Part shown: piece by piece, positions 10,158 through 20,446 of the stretch
Numbering within the stretch: position 1 is the first letter of the stretch
Layout: every line of letters begins with the position of its first letter
Assembly: GCA_964291285.2 (NCBI GenBank)
Contig: OZ219785.1
Coordinates: forward strand, 320,001-384,000
DNA: 64,000 bases
Reading direction: 5' to 3'
Source: Alphaproteobacteria bacterium
GTDB taxonomy: Bacteria; Pseudomonadota; Alphaproteobacteria; Bin95
Notes under the pieces: generated by a model
The model's database searches: none
What the model was told of the DNA's origin: nothing
The model's input: the letters and a program-made list of their open reading frames with translations, nothing else
Made by a program: the position numbers and the translations under genes

Positions 10158-11318
10158 TTACTTGTAGGGATCGGCGGCGTCGCGCAAGCCGTCGCCGAGG
10201 AAGTTGAAGGCGAGCACCGTCACCACGACCGGCACCACCGGCAGCATCAGCCAGGGATAGAGAACCACGACATTCATGTTCTGCGCTTCCGTCAGCAATA
10301 CGCCCCAGCTCGTGACCGGCGGCCGGAGGCCGAGGCCCAGATAGCTGAGCGCGGTCTCGCCGAGGATCATGGACGGGATCGAGAGAGTCGCGGACGCGAT
10401 GATATGGCTCGCGAACCCGGGCAGGAGGTGCCGGCCGATGATGCGCCCGGGCCTGGCGCCCATAAGCTGCGCGGCGGTGCAGAAATCCTCCTCCCGGAGC
10501 GCCAGCAGCTTGGAGCGCACGGCGCGCGCAAGCCCGGTCCAGTCGAGCAGGCCCAGAATGACGGTGATGCCGAAAAAGACCAGCACGGGAGACCAGGTGA
10601 CCGGCAGCGCGGCCGAGAGCGCCATCCAGAGCGGCAATTCCGGGAAGGAACGCACGATCTCGATGATCCGCTGCGAGAGGCTGTCCACCCAGCCGCCGTA
10701 ATAGCCGGCGAGCCCGCCTATGACGATGCCCAGCGCGAAGGAAATCAGGATGCCGAACAGGCCCACGGTAAGCGAGATGCGCGCGCCGTAGATGATGCGC
10801 GATAGCACGTCCCGCCCGAGCCGGTCGGTGCCAAGCAGGAACAGCGTCGCCCCCTCCTCGCCCGCCGGGCAGACGAGATGCAGGTCGGCCTCGAACAGGC
10901 CCCAGAAGCGGTAGTTGTCCGCGCGGCAGAAGAAGCGCAGCGGATAGACCTTCCCCGGGTCCTCGACATAGACGCGCTTCAGCTGCGCGAGGTCGAGCGA
11001 GCGGGAATAGCCATAGACGAACGGCCCGATGAACTCGCCCTCATGGAATAGATGCAAGGTCTGGGGCGGCGCATGGATATGGCGGATGTTGCGGCTGTGC
11101 AGGTTGTAGGGCGCGAGGAACTCGGAGATGAGGACCGAGGCGTAGAGCAGGAGCAGCACGATGCCGGAGGCGACGGCGAGCTTGTGGCGCTTCAGCTTCC
11201 ACCACATCAGCTGCCATTGCGTCGCGAGGTAGTAGCGCTCCTGCTCGGGTGTCAGCGCCTCGACCGCGTGCGGGTCCCAGGGCGCGGTATCGACGAAATG
11301 TTCGGGCCGGTCGTTCAT
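10158..11318 (-). CDS. Peptide/nickel-type ABC transporter permease (DppC-like)
   Basis: LLGTDRLGRD..GARISLTVG, EAA-like loop, ETALSYLGLG. Starts MNDRPEHF, overlapping the upstream permease stop. Confidence 0.92.
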   Translation of the reverse strand: MNDRPEHFVDTAPWDPHAVEALTPEQERYYLATQWQLMWWKLKRHKLAVASGIVLLLLYASVLISEFLAPYNLHSRNIRHIHAPPQTLHLFHEGEFIGPFVYGYSRSLDLAQLKRVYVEDPGKVYPLRFFCRADNYRFWGLFEADLHLVCPAGEEGATLFLLGTDRLGRDVLSRIIYGARISLTVGLFGILISFALGIVIGGLAGYYGGWVDSLSQRIIEIVRSFPELPLWMALSAALPVTWSPVLVFFGITVILGLLDWTGLARAVRSKLLALREEDFCTAAQLMGARPGRIIGRHLLPGFASHIIASATLSIPSMILGETALSYLGLGLRPPVTSWGVLLTEAQNMNVVVLYPWLMLPVVPVVVTVLAFNFLGDGLRDAADPYK

Positions 11319-12313
11319 CGCTGGGCGCGGCCCCCCAGCCGGATGCGCGGGTCGAGCAGGGCAAGCGCCAGGTCGGACAGCAGCATGCCGACGATGGTGA
11401 GCACAGAGAGGAACATCAGGAAGGAGCCGGCGAGATACATGTCCTGGCTGCGCAGCGCGTCGATCAGCATCGGCCCCGTGGTCGGCAGGCTCATCACCAT
11501 GGCCACGATCGCGGACCCGGAGACGATCTGCGGCAGCATGTTGCCGATGTCGGCCACGAAGGGGTTGAGCGACATCCGCACCGGGTATTTCAGCAGGAGG
11601 CGCAGATTGGGCAGCCCCTTGGCCCGGCCGGTCACGACATACTGCTTCTGCAACTCGTCCAGCAGGTTGGCACGGAGCCGGCGGATCATGCCCGCGGTTC
11701 CCGCCGTGCCGATCACCACCACCGGCACGATCAGGTGCTCCGCTATCGACACCGTCTTCGCCCAGGACATGGGCTGTTCGACATATTGCGGGTCCATCAT
11801 CCCGCCGATGGAGATGCCGAACTCGATCCGCAGGAAATACATGAGCACGAGCGCGAGGAGGAAATTCGGCGTCGCGAGCCCAAGAAATCCGAGGAAGGTA
11901 AGGCCGTGGTCGCCCCAGGAATACTGGTGCGTCGCGGAGTAGAAGCCGATCGGGAAGGCGACGACCCAGATGAAGATGACGGTCGAGAAGTTGAGCAGCA
12001 GCGAGAGCCAGAGCCGGTCCCCCACCACATCGGAGACCGGCAGGTCGTATTCGAAGGAATAGCCGAAATCGCCCTGGAACATGCCGAGGACCCAGAAGAC
12101 ATATTGCTTCCATAGCGGCTGATCGAGGCCGTATTGCTTGCGCAGGAACTCGATCTTGCCGCTGTCCGCGGACTCGCCCTGGGACTGCAGCTCGGCGATG
12201 TAGGTGGTGAGGTAGTCGCCCGGCGGAAGCTGGATGATGACGAAGATGATGGCGCTGACCACCGCAAGCGTCGGGACCGCGATGAACAGGCGCCGGAAGA
12301 TGTAGGTCAGCAT
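11315..12313 (-). CDS. Peptide/nickel-type ABC transporter permease (DppB-like)
   Basis: QLPPGD, YGLDQPLWKQY, GDFGYS, YVVTGRAKGL, LLDPRIR. Confidence 0.93.
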   Translation of the reverse strand: MLTYIFRRLFIAVPTLAVVSAIIFVIIQLPPGDYLTTYIAELQSQGESADSGKIEFLRKQYGLDQPLWKQYVFWVLGMFQGDFGYSFEYDLPVSDVVGDRLWLSLLLNFSTVIFIWVVAFPIGFYSATHQYSWGDHGLTFLGFLGLATPNFLLALVLMYFLRIEFGISIGGMMDPQYVEQPMSWAKTVSIAEHLIVPVVVIGTAGTAGMIRRLRANLLDELQKQYVVTGRAKGLPNLRLLLKYPVRMSLNPFVADIGNMLPQIVSGSAIVAMVMSLPTTGPMLIDALRSQDMYLAGSFLMFLSVLTIVGMLLSDLALALLDPRIRLGGRAQR

Positions 12314-12329
12314 CCTTCCCGTCCCGCCG

Positions 12330-14204
12330 TCAGTTGGCCAACCAGAACCGGTCGGGGCGGAATATGCCGAAATGCGCGCCCGGCTCCCAGTTGTAATAAC
12401 CCTCTTCCGGCACGCCTCTCAGGCGGTCGGATACGACCACGGGCTGGCGGATTCCGCCGACGATCCCCAGCATGAACACTTCCTCGGCGTGGATCTCCAG
12501 CATCTCGCGCCAGATGCGCCGGCGCTCTCCGGTGTCGCGGGCGTGGCGCCAGGCCTCGTTCAGCGCGTGGAGCCGCTGCGGCGCTTGCATATCGACCGGC
12601 TCGCCCGCGGCACCCCGGGTCTCGTGGTACTGGCCCCATTTCGGCCACTGCAGCTGCTGCTGGCTGGTGGGGGCGAGCTCGGCCGGGCTCATGTCGGCGG
12701 AGGCAAGCCCGTTTTCCCAGCCCGACCAGACCGACATGAGCGTCTGGCCGGAGAAGATACGGTTGCGCAGCAGCTCGCGCTGGAGCGGCTTGGTGTGCAG
12801 CGCAATCCCCAGCTTCAGCCAGCTGTCGCGGACGAGTTCGAGTATATCCGTCTCTTCCGTGCTCTCGCCGGCGGTCTCGACGATCAATTCCGCCGGACGG
12901 CCGTCGGGCAGCAGGCGCAGCCCGTCATCGCCCCACCGGAGCCCCGCCTCGTCCAGCAGGGCATTGGCCGCATCGGGATCGTAGGCCGCCCAGCGCTGGC
13001 GGACCGCCTCGTCATAGAGCGGGCTTCCCGGAAGCAGGCTGTTGTTGCCGGTGAGCGCGAGCCCGAAATAGATGACCTCGTTGACTTCCTCCCGGTAGAG
13101 GCCGAGCGACAGCGCCCGGCGCACCCGGCGGTCCCGGAACAGGAACCGCCAGACAGGGTCGGCGGCATTCAGGTTGGGATAGAGCGCCACATGCGCGCCC
13201 TTGCCCGTGCGCCAGAGGCGGACCTTGTAGCCGCCGGGCTCCTCGCCGCGCTTCAGGAAGGTCACATTGTCGAACCTGAGATAGCGCGCCTGGAGATCGC
13301 TGGCGCCGGCAGCGGTCTTCGCCGGGATGAGGCCGCTCGCGGCAATGTTCATCACCACGCGGTCGATATAGGGAAGCTGGCGGCCGCCGCCGTCCACGCG
13401 GTGGTAAAAGGGGTTGCGGGCGAAGAGGAAGCGGTCGGACGGCGGGCGGGTCAAGGGAACCCAGGGCTGCAGGGTCGGCAGGTCCGGATTGTCGTTCTTG
13501 TACTGGCTGTCGAGCTTGTTGTGCAGCGCGGCCCAGCTTCGCCGGCGCGCCTCTTCCACGGCCCGGGCCAGCGCCTCGGGCGGCGCATGGGCTGCGTGGA
13601 AGCGCTTCAGGTAGTGCGCCGGGCGGTAGATGTAGAGCGGCCGCGCGCCGGCGAGAGCGGGCAGGAACCCCGCATTGGACGTCGCCCAGCTGTAGCGGAC
13701 TGTCGTGTCACCCAGCACTTCGAAGACCGGCGGTTCTCCGTCGACAAGCATCGCCGCCGGCGGTCCGGTCGGCGAGAGTTCCTCGTTGTTGGCGACATCC
13801 TCCCACCAGTAGCGGAAGTCCTCGGCGGTGAAGGGATGGCCGTCCGACCATTTGTGGCCCGGCCGGAGATGGAGCGTGAAGATGCGGCCTTCCTGCACGT
13901 CCACGCGCTCCAGAATGTCCGGCTCCAATACGAGCTCCGGCGTGTAGCAGAGGAGGCGCGCATAGCCGTAAACGACCAGCTGGCGCGTATCCTTGGCCTT
14001 GGCCATCAGCACGCGCAGGTCTCCGCCATGCCGGCCGGGCCCGGCTTCCTCGTCGAGATGCGGGACGGCCGGCAAACGCTGTTCGACGGGAGGCAGCGCG
14101 CCGGCGCCGACCCGTTCCGCGAGAGACGGTGTTTCGACAGGGGCCGCCAGGGACACGCCCGCAACGAGAGCGAGCGGCGCGAACAGGACGGCCGGCGGCT
14201 TCAC
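12330..14204 (-). CDS. ABC transporter substrate-binding protein (family 5)
   Basis: Signal peptide, LPPVEQRLP, LRPGHKWSDGHPFTAEDF, RNPFYHRVD..QLPYIDRV. Confidence 0.92.
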   Translation of the reverse strand: MKPPAVLFAPLALVAGVSLAAPVETPSLAERVGAGALPPVEQRLPAVPHLDEEAGPGRHGGDLRVLMAKAKDTRQLVVYGYARLLCYTPELVLEPDILERVDVQEGRIFTLHLRPGHKWSDGHPFTAEDFRYWWEDVANNEELSPTGPPAAMLVDGEPPVFEVLGDTTVRYSWATSNAGFLPALAGARPLYIYRPAHYLKRFHAAHAPPEALARAVEEARRRSWAALHNKLDSQYKNDNPDLPTLQPWVPLTRPPSDRFLFARNPFYHRVDGGGRQLPYIDRVVMNIAASGLIPAKTAAGASDLQARYLRFDNVTFLKRGEEPGGYKVRLWRTGKGAHVALYPNLNAADPVWRFLFRDRRVRRALSLGLYREEVNEVIYFGLALTGNNSLLPGSPLYDEAVRQRWAAYDPDAANALLDEAGLRWGDDGLRLLPDGRPAELIVETAGESTEETDILELVRDSWLKLGIALHTKPLQRELLRNRIFSGQTLMSVWSGWENGLASADMSPAELAPTSQQQLQWPKWGQYHETRGAAGEPVDMQAPQRLHALNEAWRHARDTGERRRIWREMLEIHAEEVFMLGIVGGIRQPVVVSDRLRGVPEEGYYNWEPGAHFGIFRPDRFWLAN

Positions 14205-16084
14205 GCGGCGAGCCCTCCGGGCGCGGCGTCTTCCCCGAGGCGGACGAAATGTCCCCCCTCGACTTCCTCGAACACGCCTCTCGCGCCGCCGGCAAGCCGA
14301 TAGGGGCCGGGCCAGAGCTCCGGCTTCGAGGCGCGTTCGTCGGCGAGCGCCTTGAAGTCCAGCGGATAGTCGAGGTCAGGCTCCGGCACGGCGGCCAGCA
14401 GCGCCCTGGTGTAGGGGTGGCGCGGATTGCGGAACAGCACCTCGCGCGGCGCAAGCTCCACCAGCCTGCCGGCGCACATCACGGCGATGCGCTCGGCCAT
14501 GTAATCGACCACTGCCAGATTGTGCGACACGAACAGGTAGGTGAGGCCGAGCGCCTTCTGCAGGTCCTTCAGCAGATTGAGAATCTGCGCCTGCACCGAG
14601 ACGTCGAGCGCCGAGACGGGCTCGTCGCAAAGCAGCAGCTCCGGCTTGAGCGCAAGGGCGCGGGCGATGCCGAGGCGCTGGCGCTGGCCGCCCGAAAAGC
14701 TGTGCGGGTAGCGGTTGAGATGGCGCTCGTCGAGGCCGACCAGGCGCATCAGCTCGCGCACGATCCCGCGGCGCTCCTCCGGCCCGGCCAGACGGTGCAC
14801 GACCAACGGCTCCGACACGATGTCGAACGCCGTCATGCGCGGATTGAGCGCGCTGAACGGATCCTGGAATACATATTGGATGCGCCGGCGGTAAGGCAAC
14901 AGGCTCTTCTGCGGCAGCCGCAGCAGATCGACCGCGGCGCCGTTGTCGTCGAACAGCACTTCGCCCCGGTCGGGCGTCAGCGCACGCATGACGATCTTGC
15001 TCAGCGTGCTCTTGCCGCAGCCGCTCTCCCCGACCAGGCCCAGGCATTCGCCGCGCTCGATCCGGAAGCTCACATCGTCCACCGCCAGCACGCCTTCCTC
15101 GGCGGCTCCGCCGAAGAGGCCCGCCTTGCGGCTGCCATAGCGCTTGGTGAGGCCGCGAACCTCCAGCAGCGGGCGGTCGGCGGGCGCCTCCGGGGCCGCG
15201 CGGCTTTCCCCGGCGAGCAGCCCGCCGGTTTCGGGGCGGACCTCGCGGATCGGGGTCAGCCGTTCGCCCTCGGCCATGTGGAAGCGGGGGACGGCGCGCA
15301 GCAGCGCCTTCAGATAGGGGTGCCCGGCGCGCCGGAACACGTCCTCGGCGCTGCCGGCCTCGACGATGCGGCCGTGATACATCACCACCAGCTCGTCGGC
15401 CATGTTGGCGACGACGCCGAGGTCGTGGGTAATCATCAGCACCGCCATGCCGAGTTCCTGCTGGAGGTCCTTGACGAGTTTCAGGATCTGCGCCTGGACG
15501 GTCACATCGAGCGCGGTGGTCGGCTCGTCCGCAATCAGCAGCGCCGGGCGGCAGATCAGCGCCATGGCGATCATCGCCCGCTGGCGCAGGCCGCCCGAGA
15601 GCTCGAAGGGATAGGTGTCGAGCGCGCGTTCCGGGTCCGGAAAGCCGACCAGGCGCAGCATGTCCGCCGTCTCGGTCCGCAGCCGCTTCGCGGTGGTTTC
15701 GCCGTGCAGCCGGAGCGCCTCGGAGACCTGGTCGCCCACGGTGTGCAGCGGCGACAGCGAGGTCATCGGCTCCTGGAAGATGATCGAGACCGCACCGCCG
15801 CGCAGCCGGCGCATCTCGCGGCCGTCCGGGTCGAGCGCGGCAATGTCCACCTCGGGCAGGCCTTCGCGCCGGAGGCGGATCAAGCCCGAGCGGATGGCGG
15901 CGGCGCGCGGCAGGATGCCCATGACCGCCTGCGCGGTCACCGACTTGCCGGACCCCGACTCCCCGACCAGAGCCACCGTCCGGCCGTGCGGGATGGAGAA
16001 GGACACGCCGTCCACGGCCGTGACCGCACCGCCCGGCGTGCTGAATTCGACCGCGAGATTGTCGATTTCCAACAGCGCGCTCAA
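14201..16084 (-). CDS. ABC transporter ATP-binding protein with two fused NBDs
   Basis: [16 protein letters not shown] and [20 protein letters not shown] start at 16084 follows GGAGG. Confidence 0.92.
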   Translation of the reverse strand: MSALLEIDNLAVEFSTPGGAVTAVDGVSFSIPHGRTVALVGESGSGKSVTAQAVMGILPRAAAIRSGLIRLRREGLPEVDIAALDPDGREMRRLRGGAVSIIFQEPMTSLSPLHTVGDQVSEALRLHGETTAKRLRTETADMLRLVGFPDPERALDTYPFELSGGLRQRAMIAMALICRPALLIADEPTTALDVTVQAQILKLVKDLQQELGMAVLMITHDLGVVANMADELVVMYHGRIVEAGSAEDVFRRAGHPYLKALLRAVPRFHMAEGERLTPIREVRPETGGLLAGESRAAPEAPADRPLLEVRGLTKRYGSRKAGLFGGAAEEGVLAVDDVSFRIERGECLGLVGESGCGKSTLSKIVMRALTPDRGEVLFDDNGAAVDLLRLPQKSLLPYRRRIQYVFQDPFSALNPRMTAFDIVSEPLVVHRLAGPEERRGIVRELMRLVGLDERHLNRYPHSFSGGQRQRLGIARALALKPELLLCDEPVSALDVSVQAQILNLLKDLQKALGLTYLFVSHNLAVVDYMAERIAVMCAGRLVELAPREVLFRNPRHPYTRALLAAVPEPDLDYPLDFKALADERASKPELWPGPYRLAGGARGVFEEVEGGHFVRLGEDAAPGGLAA

Positions 16085-16138
16085 CGCGCGGCCTCCATAC
16101 TGCGCGCGCTCAACGCGCAACCCCGATAATGAGCGCGT

Positions 16139-16633
16139 TCACCGCCCCGCCTCGAGATCGACCGGCCAGACGCCGATCGACTCCAGATTGGCGAGCGTCG
16201 TGGGGTCGGGCGTCAGCGCATTCTCGGCCGCCGCCCGCGCCGCCCGCGCCGCCACGAGGTTGAAACGGTCCAGGTTGGAGTCGATGGTGATCGTCGTCCC
16301 GCCGCCCGAAAGCTTCAATTGCATCCAGCCGTGGCCGCGCTCCTTGCGGGTCGAATAGAAGCGCAGCGCCAGCCGGTCGAGCGCGTCCCAGGCGATCGTG
16401 CGGCCGACGGGACCGAGAATCCGTATGCCCGCCGGGTTCATCTGCACGGTGGAGCGGTGTTTCACCCAGGTCATCACCGCGAAGCCGCCGAACAGCAGTG
16501 CCAGCAGGCCGAGCAGCCAAGTGCCGAAACTGCCGGGCGGCACCCACGGCATGGGCAGCAGCGCAATCGCCAGCCCGATGCCCGCGCGCGTATAGTCCGG
16601 CCAGAGCGTGCGGGCCGGATAAGCCAAGGCCAT
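16139..16633 (-). CDS. Hypothetical membrane protein (two TM helices plus a PH-like soluble part)
   Basis: 164 aa, two hydrophobic stretches, co-oriented upstream of the ABC operon. Confidence 0.65.
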   Translation of the reverse strand: MALAYPARTLWPDYTRAGIGLAIALLPMPWVPPGSFGTWLLGLLALLFGGFAVMTWVKHRSTVQMNPAGIRILGPVGRTIAWDALDRLALRFYSTRKERGHGWMQLKLSGGGTTITIDSNLDRFNLVAARAARAAAENALTPDPTTLANLESIGVWPVDLEAGR

Positions 16634-17039
16634 GCCGCCGCCTGGCGCGGCCGCTTCCGCCGTCGTCGAGATCGCGCGGTCCCCTTCTGCCCCGGACCCT
16701 TCCGAGTCTGCGCGATTCCGCCCGCCGCCGCAATTCCGCCTTCGGATGAACGCCGGTTCCTTCTTGACACCTTATACCAACGGTCGTTGATTGGAACCTA
16801 TAGCAGAGCCTCCCTCCGCAGCTCGCCCCCTGAGCCGAGGCCTCCTACTGCAAGAGGTAATCTCCGCCGAGAGAGGCTAATCGGTTCTTATCTGTGGCCG
16901 GTGGTATTAAAACATTCATTCAAAATACATCTTAAGGTCCCCCATCTGCGGATCGCGAATGCGCCGCCTGCAAGCCCGGTCCGCGTTTGGGCGCATCGCA
17001 ACCGGGCTGCCGGGCAACAGCAGATAGGAGACGCGAGCC

Positions 17040-18161
17040 ATGCTACAGTTGAACAGACGCCAGGTCCTGACCGCCGGCGGCACACTGGGCGCCATGTCCG
17101 CCATGAGCCCCATCGTGAAGGCCTCCACCGGCAGCGCCGCGGTCAAGGCCGACCTCGACAGCCTGCCCCGGGTCAAGCAGGAACTCGTGGCACCGCCCTT
17201 CGCGCCCGCGCATGAGCAGGTCGCCGCCGGAGGCCCGAAGATCATCGAGGTGGAACTGGTCGTCCACGAGGAAAAGAGGGAGATCGACGACGACGGAACC
17301 GTGTTGAACGCGCTTTCGTTCAACGGTTCCATCCCGGGCCCGCTGATGATCTGCCATGAGGGCGACTACATCGAGCTCACGCTGAAAAATCCTTCGACCA
17401 ACGTGATGGAGCACAATATCGACTTCCACGCCTCGACGGGCGCGCTCGGCGGCGGTGGCCTCACGCTCGTCCAGCCGGGCGAGCAGGTCGTGCTGCGCTG
17501 GAAGGCGATCAAGGCCGGCACCTTCATCTACCACTGCGCGCCGGGCGGGATCATGATTCCCTACCATGTGGTTTCCGGCATGAACGGCGCGGTCATGGTG
17601 CTGCCGAGGGGCGGGCTGACCGACCGGCAGGGCAATCCCGTCCGCTACGACAAGGTCTATTATGTCGGCGAGCAGGACTTCTACGTGCCGCGGAACGCCG
17701 AAGGCGATTACATGCAATATGAGTCGCACAGCGACGCGATGGCCGACGTGCTGGACGTGATGCGGACGCTCACGCCCACCCATGTCGTGATGAACGGCAA
17801 GGTCGGCGCGCTCACCGGCGACAATGCGCTGACGGCCGCGGTCGGCGAGTCGGTGCTGTTCGTCCACTCCCAGGCCAACCGCGATTCGCGGCCGCACCTC
17901 ATCGGCGGCCACGGAGACTATGTCTGGGAGGAAGGCTCGTTCATCGATCCGCCGATGGAAGGCCTCGAGACCTGGTTCATCCGGGGCGGCTCGGCAGGCG
18001 CTGCACTCTACACCTTCCGGCAGCCGGGGGTGTATGTATACCTCTCGCACAACCTCATCGAGGCCGTGCAGCTGGGGGCGCTCGCCCATGTGGTGGTCGA
18101 TGGCGACTGGGACGACGACCTGATGGCGCAGGTCCAGGCCCCCGGACCGATTCCGGCATAG
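17040..18161 (+). CDS. nirK: Copper-containing nitrite reductase
   Basis: Tat signal RRQVL; [42 protein letters not shown]; AGGAG RBS. Confidence 0.96.
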   Translation: MLQLNRRQVLTAGGTLGAMSAMSPIVKASTGSAAVKADLDSLPRVKQELVAPPFAPAHEQVAAGGPKIIEVELVVHEEKREIDDDGTVLNALSFNGSIPGPLMICHEGDYIELTLKNPSTNVMEHNIDFHASTGALGGGGLTLVQPGEQVVLRWKAIKAGTFIYHCAPGGIMIPYHVVSGMNGAVMVLPRGGLTDRQGNPVRYDKVYYVGEQDFYVPRNAEGDYMQYESHSDAMADVLDVMRTLTPTHVVMNGKVGALTGDNALTAAVGESVLFVHSQANRDSRPHLIGGHGDYVWEEGSFIDPPMEGLETWFIRGGSAGAALYTFRQPGVYVYLSHNLIEAVQLGALAHVVVDGDWDDDLMAQVQAPGPIPA

Positions 18162-18202
18162 GCGGGTCCGGCGGCAGGGTCGTCCCCCGCACCCGCAGCG
18201 CT

Positions 18203-19336
18203 TTACCCTCGGCGAAGGCTCGGGTCGGCGACGGCAAGGTGGTTGTCCCAGCGGCGAGACACCGGAAAGCCGGTCGGGAACGGGCGGAGCTTGCGCGCGT
18301 GCGCGTCCAGCAGGAACACCCCGCCCTGCCCGCTGCTCACGAGGAACGCCCCGGCCCTTGCCGCCGGCGCCAGGCCGCAGCCGTCGGCCAGCCGGGCCGA
18401 ATGGAGGAATCCGCCGTCAGCGCCGTCCCAGACGGTCACGATATTGCCGCGCGGGGCGGAGACGGCGAAGGTGCGGCCCCCGCTGTCGAAACAGACATCG
18501 CCGCAATACTGCCTCATGGCGCGGAGGACCGAAGGCGGCGCCTCCAGCGGGCGGAGCGGCCCCCCGGCCCGGCAAAGCGCGACGAGCGGCACGCGGTCTC
18601 CCCTCGGCCCTTCATATTGCATCGCGACCGCGACCCGGCCCTCCCTGCCGACAGACAGATGGCGGATGCTCAACTGGCGAAGACCGGCCCCGAGACGCCG
18701 CTTCCGCAGCAACTCGCCGGTCTTGCGGTCGATGAAGCAGAGCGACGGCTCCATCGCCGGCAGGTTGAGCTTCGCCCTCGGATAGTCGGGATGAGTGTGG
18801 ATGCCGCCATTGGCGACAACCAGCGTCCGTCCGTCCGCCAGCAGCCGGATGTCATGGGGGCCGACGCCGCCGGAGGAGAACTCGCCCAGCCGCCGGAAGC
18901 CGTCCCGGGCGTCATATATGCCGAGGACGCCGCGGCCCGCATCGAAGTCGTTCTCCGTAGCGTACAGCAGCCGCCCGGAAGGATCGAAGACGCCATGCCC
19001 CTGGAAGCACCGGTCCTGCGGGGGCGCGAACCGGCGGGGCACCGCGCTCCGATCGATGTCCAGCGCCAGTGCGAATTCCCCCGGGCGGCGGGCGAAATGC
19101 ACCGCCAGGCAACCGTCCGGGCGCACGGCGAAGGCGTGCCCGCGGGCCGGCAGCACGGAGTCCAGCAGCGCTTCACCGGCTTGCGAAAAGCCGCCGACCC
19201 GATACCCGCCGGGCGCCGCCGCGCCGGCGGAGAGGTAGCGGCGTTCGGTCCGCTCCGCCCGGGTGCCGCCCGGCCAGAACGCCGCCCCGAGGCCGCCGGC
19301 GAGCAGCCGGAGCGCGCGGCGGCGGTCAATCGCCAT
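18203..19336 (-). CDS. DUF1513 domain protein (Tat-exported beta-propeller)
   Basis: MAIDRRRALRLL; LPARGHA, ARRPG, FQGHGVF, TENDF, GVGPHD, ANGGIHTHPD, LSIRHL, WDNHL. Confidence 0.9.
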   Translation of the reverse strand: MAIDRRRALRLLAGGLGAAFWPGGTRAERTERRYLSAGAAAPGGYRVGGFSQAGEALLDSVLPARGHAFAVRPDGCLAVHFARRPGEFALALDIDRSAVPRRFAPPQDRCFQGHGVFDPSGRLLYATENDFDAGRGVLGIYDARDGFRRLGEFSSGGVGPHDIRLLADGRTLVVANGGIHTHPDYPRAKLNLPAMEPSLCFIDRKTGELLRKRRLGAGLRQLSIRHLSVGREGRVAVAMQYEGPRGDRVPLVALCRAGGPLRPLEAPPSVLRAMRQYCGDVCFDSGGRTFAVSAPRGNIVTVWDGADGGFLHSARLADGCGLAPAARAGAFLVSSGQGGVFLLDAHARKLRPFPTGFPVSRRWDNHLAVADPSLRRG

Positions 19337-20423
19337 CGAGCGCGTTGAAGCCGATCGGCAGGCCGAGGGCCTTTGCCAGGCGGTTCCGCACGATCTGCCG
19401 GAGCGCCTGCACCTGGATCCGCAGCTTGTCCACCTTCTTGCGCTGCGCCGGGTCTGCCGCGGCGGCCTCCAGCTGCCCGTCGATCGACTTCGCCGTCGCC
19501 ACGGTTGCGCGGAATCCCTTGACGAGCAGCTTTTCGAGCTTGCCTGCAGAGTCCGGCAGCAGGGCTGCGATGCCCGGCTCGCCGCCGCCGCCATACAGGT
19601 CCTGCAGCGACTCGAGGTTCAGGACGACGTTCCGGAGCGACCGGCCGCTCAGGCGCGACTCCGCCAGATGCGCGCGGACCTTGTCCACGCCCTTGCCGAT
19701 GACGGGCGCGATCTTCAGATCGACGATGCGCTGCAGCCCGTCATGGAGGCTCTTGAGGAAGGCCAGCGACGCCTCGCCGTGGCTTTCGAAATACGGGTTC
19801 TCGGGGCCGGGGCCGATGAAGAGCGCGATGAACGGGCGTTCGCCCGTCCACCAGTCCCTGTCCATCCCCTCCGCCATGTCCCGCATGTTGCCGGCTACGG
19901 CCTGGAGCAGACGGCATCCTTCCGCCGATCCGCCCGGCCGGGTTTTGGGGGACTCCGGACCCAAAAGCAGCGCTTCGGCCGCCATCAGGCCCTGGCCGGC
20001 CACGCTCCCCCTGCCGACGCGGGCCGGCGAGACGGTCTCTTCCGCCAGCAGCCGCGCGACGGCCTTGTCCACCTTCCCGCGCGCCTCGGGCCAGAAATGG
20101 AACCGGTGGATGCGCATGAACAGCTCGGCCGGACCGAACCGCAGATGCTCGGCGGCCATCCAGGCGTCCATGAGGTCGTGGAACGCGGCCTCGGCCCCGG
20201 CGAAGGTCCCGGCTCCCGGCCGGGCACAAAGCACCCCGGCGGCTGCCTCGAAGTCCCTGGCCGCGGCCGCCAGCCGCACATAGCGGGGCCGCACATGGTT
20301 TTCAGCCAGCGCGGCATTGACCCGCTCGAAGGCCTCGGGCGGCGGCCTGTCGACGGCGGCGGCAGGCGCGCCAAATGCGAGAATCACCAGAGCCAGCGCC
20401 GGTAGAACGATTGCAGGCGGCAT
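19326..20423 (-). CDS. Imelysin-family (peptidase M75-like) protein
   Basis: Signal peptide, HLRFGP, FHFWPEARG, QGLMAAEALL, AESRLSGRS, C-terminal GFNALDGD. Confidence 0.9.
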   Translation of the reverse strand: MPPAIVLPALALVILAFGAPAAAVDRPPPEAFERVNAALAENHVRPRYVRLAAAARDFEAAAGVLCARPGAGTFAGAEAAFHDLMDAWMAAEHLRFGPAELFMRIHRFHFWPEARGKVDKAVARLLAEETVSPARVGRGSVAGQGLMAAEALLLGPESPKTRPGGSAEGCRLLQAVAGNMRDMAEGMDRDWWTGERPFIALFIGPGPENPYFESHGEASLAFLKSLHDGLQRIVDLKIAPVIGKGVDKVRAHLAESRLSGRSLRNVVLNLESLQDLYGGGGEPGIAALLPDSAGKLEKLLVKGFRATVATAKSIDGQLEAAAADPAQRKKVDKLRIQVQALRQIVRNRLAKALGLPIGFNALDGD

Positions 20424-20446
20424 TGCGCGCCTCCGTTTCCGTTATG

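Noticed and set aside
16640-17030. FNR/NnrR box upstream of nirK
   Set aside because: The best candidate (CTGCGGATCGCGAA near 16946) deviates too far from TTG-N8-CAA to call.
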